Shown here: positions 53,901 through 64,000 of the stretch, in pieces
Position numbering within the stretch: the first letter of the stretch is position 1
Layout of the letters: every line of letters starts with the position of its first letter
Source of the DNA: Cycas panzhihuaensis
Taxonomy: Eukaryota; Plantae; Cycadophyta
Length of the DNA: 64,000 nucleotides
Assembly (NCBI GenBank): GCA_023213395.1
Contig: CM041465.1
Span: 94,991,741-95,055,740, forward strand
Direction of reading: 5' to 3'
Notes under the pieces: model-generated
What the model was told of the DNA's origin: nothing
The model's input: the letters and a program-made list of their open reading frames with translations, nothing else
Databases searched by the model: none
Translations under genes and position numbers: made by a program

Positions 53901-55450
53901 AGTTGGTATTCTATGATGGTAATTACTAGTGAAAGGGATGTATAAAGGTGAATATCGTATTCACTTGGGTAATTTTAATGGAGTGAATAGATTGTATGAT
54001 CCCTTAATTGACTTAAGGATACAAGAAGAAAATGTAGAACTAATAGTCCTTAAACAAATGATTCATGAGTGTGATTTACAATGAAAATATGATGAAAATG
54101 GGGGTGCAAAGATAGTGAGAGAGTAAGGGAAAACTAAATGTCAAAACATGCCATAACTAAATAATTAAAGTCTAACTACAAGTGAAATACATGTAAAGTT
54201 GATCCTCATTGATTATGATAAACATGTGTACAATTGGATGAAATATGACAACAAACCAAAGAGAATGAAATTGGAATGAAGATAAAAGAGTTAACTTGAT
54301 GATGATTAGACCTAGTCAATTTTTTAAGGGATAAAGAGGCTTATAAAAGAGGATGTATAGGCCTTAAAAGAATTGCATCAAGTACAAAAACTTCCAAAAT
54401 ACCATAAAACATGAAAATTTTGATCAAAAAAAAGAAACAATAAAAGAAAATAGTTGTTAAATAATTGAGAAGCTAATTTTTTTTTTTATTAGAAGGTAGG
54501 AGTGGGAGTAAGACTACCCCTAAGTAATGAGCATGGAAGAAGGGAAAGTGTGTAGTTTATAATCATTTTAAAGTGCCTCTTAAGCACAAAGGTTGAGGAA
54601 AATCTTAATAGATTATACTCATATTGAAGTATGTCATTATTTTGGTATCATTACAGAGCACGATAACTCTAATAGGAAGAGTTGAATTGAGTAGGGAGTA
54701 AAGATGACGTCTTAAAAAATGAGAGAAAGTGACCAAAAAGGGTTAAGTGTACCATCTTTAAAAGCTCAAAGTTTGTTGGTTTGTCTAGTAACCAATTTAC
54801 CTAATATAATAATCTATGTTGAAATTTAAAAAATGAAATACCTAAATTACGTTAACTACCTTGATGGAGAATCAAATATAACTTAGAAAGCATGCCCAAG
54901 AAAAGTCATAAGAATATGTATCATCATTGGGTAATCCCAACAAACCAATGTTCATGTGATAATTCTAAAAAGGAGACTTATTACTTAATAAATAGATCCT
55001 TGGAACCCATTTAAAAAGTAATGAATCTCTAGGGTATGTTGAATTCTCTCTTAGTTATTCCTAGGTATAGGAAGCTTTTAGGATTCCAAACCCTACCAAG
55101 GCTCTCCTTGGCCCTCAATTCTTATAGGGGACTATCTAACTAGGCACTTTCTTCTATTTTGAGTTTTTGTAGCTAAATCTTTATCATTCCTAAAATAGTT
55201 TTTAGAGATTTAGTTGCCTCTTAGTTACAGAAGAACATGAGTATTTTGCATCCCTAAGCTTTAATCTCAGGAGGAAAGGTTATAATTTAGGATCATTACG
55301 AAGTGTATATAGTTTACCCTTATTTCAAAGCAAGTCATGGTTTAAGTTCATTGTGGAGTAAAAGGAATTCCCTCTCCTAAAGTGATAGTATCTATAATTT
55401 GATCAAGTGTAAGGTCGAAGGTATAAATAAGAGGATTAATATATAATTGG
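51000..55450. mobile_element. Unresolved decayed retroelement debris
   Basis: Minus-strand PPT+TG junction (TTGAGGGGCATGTTGA) near 52080-52095; no clean domains. Confidence 0.3.
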
Positions 55451-58094
55451 TATTGGGGTTAATAGTCATCACCCCACTCTTACCTTCCAACTAGATGTGC
55501 ACACCTCATCTTCATCAATTTACACATGTGGGTGCTCAACATGTATAGGTAAGTATAAGGTAAGTTTAGTTAATTTGAGTTTAGTTTATTTTGAGTTAAG
55601 TTTACATTATTTTAGTATTATTTAAATTTTAGAGATTGAGGAGTTTCCCTCCTCCCCCAAACTATATAATTTGAGGGGTGTGCAACCCTGGTGTCTTTAG
55701 ACACCACCTTCATTGTGGACATTTATACTACTCTCCTCACAAATATTGATTAAATATACAAGTCTTTTATGTTCATGCTACTATACAACAATGATGTATT
55801 AAAGTTTTAATTATCTCTTTTATGTTATGACCTATTCTCCATGATTTTATTTTCCTTTATTTAGTATCAGAGTTACGTTTATGATCCATTATTGAAGATT
55901 TTTTGTCAAGAAGCAAGAAGATTTACTGATATCTACAGCAGATTTACTTACAAGCAATCAAACATCGGTTATATTCATTTTCTATAAGATTTTTTAGCAG
56001 GTTTTTATATTTTTTATCAGATCTGATTATTCTTAAAGATATATTTATGAAATAACAAAGATATTTTAGATTTTCTTCATATTTGTATAGGTGTATAGCT
56101 ACAAATAACAAACATCAAGTGTTATCACTCCATAAGAGATTTTATTAAGTTTTATATATTTTTATCATATATTTGACTATTTTCAAGTATATTTCATCTT
56201 TTCATCCAATACTTTTTTAGATCCATGTAGGATTTTAGCTACAAGCAATATTTATTCAAAGTTCTCTTCATATCTGCTATATATCTTTTAGATCTGCATA
56301 TTTTTTATCATATATTTCACCATTTTTTGGTAGATTCTTGTCTATTTATCTTATATTTTCTCAGATCTATGCAGGAGTTCAACTACAAGCTATATTTAAT
56401 CAAAGTTTTCTTTAGATTTGATATATATCTTTCAGATCTGCTCTTTTTTATCAAATATTCGACAGCTTTTTGGTTTATTTTGCTCAGATCTACAATATCT
56501 ACTCAAGTTTCCCTCAGATCTTCTATATATTTTCTTAGATCTTCTATATACTTTTTCAGATCTGCTATATATCTTTTAGACCTACTTATTTTATTAATTA
56601 TTTCACCATTTTCTGGTTGATTTGTTTTAGATCTACAAGATTAGCTATAAATCTACCATATTTACTTTAAATCTACAATATTTATTCAAAGTTTTTTCAG
56701 GTCTGCTATATATTCTTCCAGATCTATAATATTTACTTTAGACCTGTTATACTTTTTTCAGATCTACAATATTTATTTAAGTTTTCTTTCAGATCTACTT
56801 ATTTTTATCATATATTTAATAATTGTTTCAAGTTTTTTTTTAGATCTACAAGTTTTTGGGTGCATATTTAGCCCAATAAGCTTTCTAGAGAAGCATATAC
56901 AATAGATCTCATCTTTGGAAGTCTATTCTTTTGTTGTAAGTCTACTACAGTTGTTTACCATGTTCTTCATATTTAATTTTTAGATATAAAACATATATCT
57001 CTTATTTCTCTGATATATCTGCTTCACATATTTGAAATATTTTATATTCAAATATACATGTATTTTATTTACTTGATATATTTCTGTTAATATCTGAAAA
57101 TTTTTCTTGATTTCATTATGACTCTATTGTATGGTTATATTCTTCCATTAGATATTTTTTATTGTTATTAGTTGAAGAAATAATTTATGAAAAAATAGAG
57201 TTTTGTTTCAATTCACCAATACCTGGATTTTCTGGTGTGGAGTCTACAACCGCATCATTTGCTACAGTTGCTTCACTAGGTTCATTATTATTTGAAAGAT
57301 TTCAAACACAATACTCATCTCTTATGTTTTATATAAATATATACATTTTTTTTTTTCTAAATATTTTTCTACTATATTTGTACATTTGCTCCATTTGCAT
57401 ATAGGCCTTAAGAGCATGTGCGGTGGTGATATCAGATGAGCCAGATCTCTCTTGTATAACCTGCTACAAGGTTGAAATCATAAAAACAACCACTCTTTAA
57501 GAACTTCTTGTTCATTCACATTTCCATCATCCTTAAGTTGTTTCAATCTCTACATAAATTTTTTAAAATGCAAATATATATATACTTCTTATATTATTGA
57601 TTTTTTTTCATTAATACATTTTATAAAAAAATGATTTGACATATATTTCAGGCAAGACTTCCTCAACTTGCTTTGCCAAAAATAGATAGAAAATAAAAAA
57701 AACAATCAAGTTTACCTTACATGCGTACATCTCCAATATCCAAAAATCCAACATGTGAATGACATTTTCTCTCTACTTTTGAAAATTTTCTAAAAATTTT
57801 CTTTAAAAATCTAGAGTACTTAGCTTGGCTACCCTCAATAGACTTCTTTAGCTCAGATCTATAGCTTACATAAGTGATTTTATGTTATTTTTAACCTTGT
57901 ACTCCCCAAGTATTGACTTCTCTTACAAAAGTCACCAAATACTTGGCTAATACCATTAATACATATCAAGAAATATTTACAAATCTTTACTTACAGATTT
58001 CACTGCTAAGACTTCTCTCACAACTTGTCAGCTATAGATAAAATACTCAAATTAGTTCAAACACTTTAGTGACAAAAGACTAAACCAGAACAAG

Positions 58095-58262
58095 TGCCTG
58101 AATGCAAAGATTGAGCAGTGGTGTTATTTCCTTCTTCACATTATCTCGAATCATCCCATAGATTTTTTCAAGAGCAGCAGTCAGTTGTTGTTTTAAAAGT
58201 AGATCTGGATAGTTAGCTTCCACCTAGCGTATGCCCTCAAGATCACCAATAGGGCCTACTAC
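58095..58262 (-). pseudogene. Captured fragment of class XI myosin tail
   Basis: [45 protein letters not shown] matches the recalled myosin XI motif [47 protein letters not shown]. Confidence 0.92.
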
Positions 58263-60490
58263 CCTTAGAGAGCTAGTATTTGAAGGTAAGTCCCCTACTG
58301 AAATGTGAAGACAATATGTGACCGCAATGCAATTGTAATACAGGACCTTGCAGACACCAGATCTCAGAGTACAGGACCTTGAAACCACGATTTCGAATGA
58401 CGCAACAAAAAACCATTAAACAGAAATTAATTTTAGGAGATAAAATAAATAAATAATAATAATACAAAAGAAACCAACTCCAAAAACAAACCCCAGCCAA
58501 TGCTTATTACAAATCGTGAGGGCCCACGCTTTTCAGAGCTTACAAACAATGCTGGTTCGTCTATGTGCGGATGCAGAAGCTCGGCGCTATTGTAAGTCTA
58601 GGCTAATTGAAACAATACAGCTCCTTGCTTGGAATCTCTCTGCACCTCGTTCCAAGAGTTATATGCATACTATATCAATACTTTCATTATTCTTAATCAA
58701 TGCAGTGTGAGTTCTGGAGATAGAATTATCAATAGCTTTCAAAGTGATCAAACAAAGAGGCTTCAGAATTATCATTTTAAAATTAAAAAGAATGTCATAA
58801 AGTACTTTCCTCCAGGAACACAAATTTAGACAAGCTCCTTCTTTAGATAATATGCAATAGCTTCAGCTATGCACGGCCCGATCTCCTCCACAAATTGTAT
58901 ACGAACATCTGGAGCTGTTAAAAGTAAACGAAATTACTGCAGCATTGATCAAGACATAGATCTCCTAGGTCTTATTCCCCCTGCAAGCATCGACGGTGTG
59001 CAGGTCTGTGTGAATTCAGCTCATGGCAACAGGTGTGGTGACATATTAGTGGCCACATGACATATCACGGCAGCAGCTACGTAGAGGCAGCAGTGCCATC
59101 TTTTAATTTGATTCAATTTTTTATTTTTTATTTTCTATAAGGTTAAGAAATTAAATCATATTATATAATATTTTGAATTCCATTTTAAAACCCTGGACCT
59201 CTTTTATACATTAGCCCCCGGTCATATTCATATTCATATGATCTTTAACTTATCTAAAAGGGGCTTATAACGTTTATAAACATCTTTTTTCTTTTTTTTT
59301 TCTTTTTTTTTTTTAATTTTACATAGGGTAACTGGCATTCTTTTGCCATAACTTTTCACTTGGTCATTGATTTTTGATGAAACCTATTTTATTACATCCA
59401 AAAAAAAAATTAAATCGATTTTGACTAGTCATATGACCAATTTGGATCTGAATTGATCCGTTTTCAGTCAATTTAAAGTCAATCAGTAATTTTTTTATCC
59501 TTTTTAAACTTTTTCACAAAATCACTTTTTTAATAGATTATATCTTATCACTAGGAGATTATTTTCTACCTAAATCTATTCTGAAGACATCTACTATCAA
59601 CAAGATTCATTACCATCTATTTATTTTATTTTTTAAGACTTATTTTAATCATTATTTTAATCGTTGAAAGTGACACTTTAGTGTTTTTTAGCATTTTTTA
59701 AATGTTTTACCATAAAAGTACTTATTGCTAATTTTATTATAACTTTTCTATTTTACATCAAAATTTAGTTTCGTCAGCTTTTTTTGGAAGATGACTCATT
59801 CCTCTTCGAATTGACACTATTTTTTATATGTTTTAAAGTGTTTTATCTAGTTTTCAAAAGCATTAAAGTAGAGGTACTTAATAGCCTCTAATTTATCATT
59901 ATTACATATTTTTATATATTATTTCTTAAAATTTTCAACTAAAAATATATTAAACAGCTCTCTAAGATATATTTGATCATTTTACGCTATTCTATAAAGT
60001 TTTATTAGCATTTTCATACTATTTTGAGCCCTACGCTCTTGTACCTAAAAAAGTTCCATTGAATACATATTTTATTAATCTCTATATTGGTAAAGTTTCA
60101 TGTTATTCTAACATTGTTTAGTATGACTTTGAAGCTTCTAAACTTAAGTATTTAAGATACACCAACATTACCTTATTCTAATATTTTATTTTTTATTTTC
60201 AAAGCTTATTTCAGATTTTTATAATTAAGAAGATCTTAGTTACATTTAAAATTTGCTTATATATTCATTATATTTTAAATTTTATTTGAAATTATAACTT
60301 ATAAAGTTGTCATTTATTTGAAAGGCATTTCTTTATTGCATTTATAAAAGTTACATTCAGTTGATTCACTTTTAAAGGGCATTACATCTCTTTTAAAAAG
60401 TTTAATTGAAATTATATATATTCATTAGTTTATTGAGTTTTTTGACTTAGTAAAAGCATATTCCTTTTATGTATTAAAGTTTTCTGAAAA

Positions 60491-60775
60491 ATGGCATTCA
60501 ATCCTGATCAAGTGTAATTTCCTACATTTTATGGCCATAATTTTTCACCTTGGCATAAGACAATGCAAGATTATTTCATTACACATGATCTTTAGAAATA
60601 TTTACAACATGAATGTAATCTTAGTATTAAAGAAAATTTTAGAAAGGATAATGAAGTCTTAGAGATATTGTTTTAAACTATTGATGATAATATTTTTTCT
60701 AAAGTATGTGAATTAACAACTTCTAAATCTATTTGGGATATTTTGATTTCCACTTATGGGGAGATACCCCTAATG
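60491..60775 (+). pseudogene. gag: copia gag N-terminal remnant
   Basis: MAFNPDQV*FPTFYGHNFSPWHKTMQDYFITHDL* ... TIDDNIFSKVCELTTSKSIWDILISTYG. Confidence 0.75.
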
Positions 60776-61641
60776 TATTTGACGTTGATTTTGTTGAGCA
60801 TATAAGACGTGCCAGAATAGGTAAATTATAATAAAAAGACCAATAAAGATACAAATCAAATATATGATCATCTTGTTGCATAAGAGCTTGATCCCCCATT
60901 TGAGGGAGAGAATGAATCTTATGATATAATAGAGGAGAGTTATGATGATTTGACAGTTATTCACAATACAAAGTTTTCAAAAAACAAAGTTCAAGTTCAA
61001 AGTTTTCTTAATACTTCAGTTGATAAAGTCAAAGTTGTAGCTACATATATATGTTTGAATCAAGCTTAATTTCCTTACAGCTTTTTTACACTACTTTATG
61101 ATAGAAGGACACATGTTACTAGAAGGTTGAAGCAAGTTAATAAAGATCAAGTTAAGAGACAGAATTTTAAAGTTTTTTTCAAGTATAAATTCCATAAGTT
61201 TAAAGAAAATACATTGTTCATGATGACCATTAAGGGGGAGAATGTTGGGGTTAATAATCATCATCCCACTCCCACCTTCCAACCAAGAGTACACACCTCA
61301 TCTTTATCAATTTACACATGTGGGTGCTCAACATGTGTAAATAAGTATAAGGTAAGTTTAGTTAATTTAAGTTAAGTTTAGTTTGAGTTAAATTTACATT
61401 ATTTTATTATTATTTGAATTTTAGGGGTTGAGAAGTTTCCCTACTCCTCCAAACTATATAATTTGAGGGGTGTGCAACCCTAGTGTCTTTAGACACCACC
61501 TTCATTGTGGATATTTATACTACTCTCCTCACAAATATGGATTGAATATACAAGTCTTTTGTGTTTATGCTACTATACAACAATGATGTATTGATGATTT
61601 ATTCATGTTCTATCATATTCTCTATGATTTTATTTCCTTTA

Positions 61642-64000
61642 ATTTTAAGATGCATTGGTGAAGTAAAAAGATTTGAAATGGTGGAAACCAGTATAGAGGT
61701 ATCAAAGGATTTGAGTACCTTAAAAATTAAACAACTAAGTGCCATGTTAATGGTAATAGAGGAGAAGAAGAATATAAGTGAGTCACTTGAGCATGTCTTT
61801 ATAACTAAGGCAAGGATATAATCAAACTTAAAAGCTAGAACCTCCAATTCTAGGGACTAATCCCCAAGGGAAAGAGAAAGAAACCCTAGACAAGAAATAC
61901 ATCAAGAAAGACAAGCAAAATATCAAGCTCCACATCAAAGACATCAAGGAGAAAACCAAAGGAATCCCAGCCTTAACCAATATGAAAGTCAAGAAAGGCA
62001 TCGTAGGATAAACCAATGTTGCCATAATTGTCAAGGTCATATAAACTCTCAAAGGACCAACTTCAACTATCCCAATAATAAATAGAGGGATAACCAAGCT
62101 TTATATTTAGAAAGAGGATGACCATTCTATATTGATAGAACTAATCCTTGTAGTAGGATTCTTAATTATAGGAGAAGGGATTCAATTCACTGCTCATTTT
62201 ACAATAGGGTTGGTCATATAGAAGATAAATATTTTATTAAGAATGGTCCACCCACTAAAGGAAGTGCCAACACAATTATTGATACAAGGGAGAACAATTG
62301 ACTATTTTTATTTAGTTCTATTAGTCATGAGAAAGAAGACAACTATTGGTATATTAATTCTGGTTGCTCCACCCATATGACCTATAAATAAGATATATTT
62401 CAAACCATGGATAGAATTAGTAAAGGGTCTATTATATTTGGAGATGACACCTCTCACGAATCTATTAGTAGAGGTAATATCATCCTAAAGATATAAGTAG
62501 GTGAATATTAACATCTTATGATGTACTCTATATTCCAACCTTAAAAAAGAATCTTTTATTAGTAGAACAAATAATGGGTCAAGATTACAAAGTTATATTT
62601 GACAATAGCCAATGTACTATTAAGGATGAAAGAAAGAACATGGTAGTAGTTTCTAAAGATTAAATGACCAAAGATAGACTCTTCAAGCTAGTTCTCACTC
62701 CTTCAAATAACTATGCCTTGAGAACTATAGTCAAACTTGACAGTGATATGTAGAATAAGAGATTTGGTCACTTAAATTATAATAGTTTGGCACTCATGAA
62801 TAAAATGGACATGGTTGATGGGTTACCTCAAATTGAAGTGGACAAAAATATTTGTGAAGGGTGTCTCTTAGGAAAACAACATAGAGAAAGTTTTCTATAT
62901 GGTAGATATAGACGAAAAAGACCACTTTATCTAGTCTATACAAATCTTTATGCTCCCATGTATATTTCTTCACTAACTTAGGTCTACTTCTTAAAGTTTA
63001 ACTTTGATGCATTCCAATACTTTATTGACTTCAAAACATTTATGGAGAGACAAAGTGGGCATAATATACTCTTCCTAAGATCAGATAATAAGGCAGAGTT
63101 TATCTCAAATGAGTTTAAGGCATATTGTAGACATCATGGCATCAGGAGATAATTTACAAATCCTTATATCTCTCAACAAAATGGGGTGGCTAAAATAAAG
63201 ATCACACCATAGTTGAGATGGCTAGGTGCATGTTGAAAGATAAAAGATTGGGACATGAATTCTAGGTCAAGTTTATCTACACTATTATTTATTTACTCAA
63301 TAGGTGTACCACTAAGCCCCTTAGGCGGATGACTCCTAAAGAAGCATAGACTAGATACAAACCTAGTATCCACCATTTAAAAGTTTTTAGTTGCCTAGCC
63401 TATGTCCATCCCTCTAAATAAAAGAGGACTAAGCTAGATGATAAAAGTATCAAATGTATATTTATTGGCTACAATAATGCTCCTAAATCCCGTAAAGTTT
63501 ATGATCCCAAAGTATAAAAAGTCATGGTGAGTAGGGATGTTATGTTCTAAGAAAATGATGATTATCACACTGATTATAATCAAGACAAAGGAAAAGGTGT
63601 TATGATAAATCTTGATTTAACTACTAGGTCCATATATATACCACCTAGGTAGGACTCAAGACAAAGTATTGATGTGTCAAGTAGGGAGGGAACCTCCTCT
63701 CAACCTCCACCATAAAAATTTCCTAGATGGATTCAAAGGAATCACAACATAGATAATATTTTAGATAATGACTATAATAGAAGGTCCACTTGTTCCCATA
63801 GGATGAATTTTTCCCTTATGAGTCAAGTCATGGAGATTCATTATCCTTATATATTTGATGAGGCTAAAACACATGATGATTGGAGAAAAGCTATGGAAGA
63901 GGAATATAATTCCATAGTGAAAAATGATATATAGGAACTAGTTGACCTTCCTCCCAATAAAAAGCCTATTAATACCAAATGGGTCTATAAGACCAAATTA
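61642..64000 (+). mobile_element. Ty1/copia polyprotein pseudogene (mid-gag, PR, INT, start of RT), runs off window
   Basis: IEVSKDLSTLKI; WYINSGCSTHMT; RFGHLNYNSL..CEGCLLGKQHR; LRSDNKAEF; QQNGVA; WRKAMEEEYNSIVKND..ELVDLPPNKKPINTKWVYKTK. Confidence 0.92.

Larger units (their letters stand above)
55451..61641 (+). mobile_element. Cargo-carrying LTR-family element, copy 2 (two core LTRs, gag only)
   Basis: Core LTRs 55451-55859 and 61243-61641; PBS TAGTATCAGAG at about 55862; PPT TAAGGGGGAGAA; arms homologous to copy 1; TSD not matched. Confidence 0.85.

Noticed and set aside
56327-56620. ORFs in the AGATCT-rich arms (also 21562-21843)
   Set aside because: Low-complexity repeat translations with no recognisable conserved protein

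Overview
Gene-free, heavily CG/CHG-depleted land-plant heterochromatin (probably a large-genome gymnosperm or similar; this is inference) built from nested, decayed retroelements. In order: a Tat/Ogre-type Ty3/gypsy element (1-17959) with its RT/RNase H core deleted, an antisense intron-containing Plant Mobile Domain gene, and a free-standing archaeal-type RNase H that is tandemly duplicated with the PPT and part of the LTR; several copia-type elements and solo LTRs; a chromovirus containing an inverted duplication; and a full-length L1 LINE with TSD. The most unusual feature is two inverted, diverged copies (18297-22568 minus; 55451-61641 plus) of one tRNA-Met-primed LTR family. Both have conserved arms around a variable 'cargo bay' made of short captured host-gene fragments (CCMH, ABC1 kinase, myosin XI and unidentified pieces, mostly antisense). 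Copy 1 has stacked primer-binding sites and appears to be a 4.3-kb solo LTR whose U5 has expanded to include the cargo. No intact host gene, rRNA, tRNA or CRISPR was found. All protein identifications are from manual translation and recalled family motifs, not database searches.
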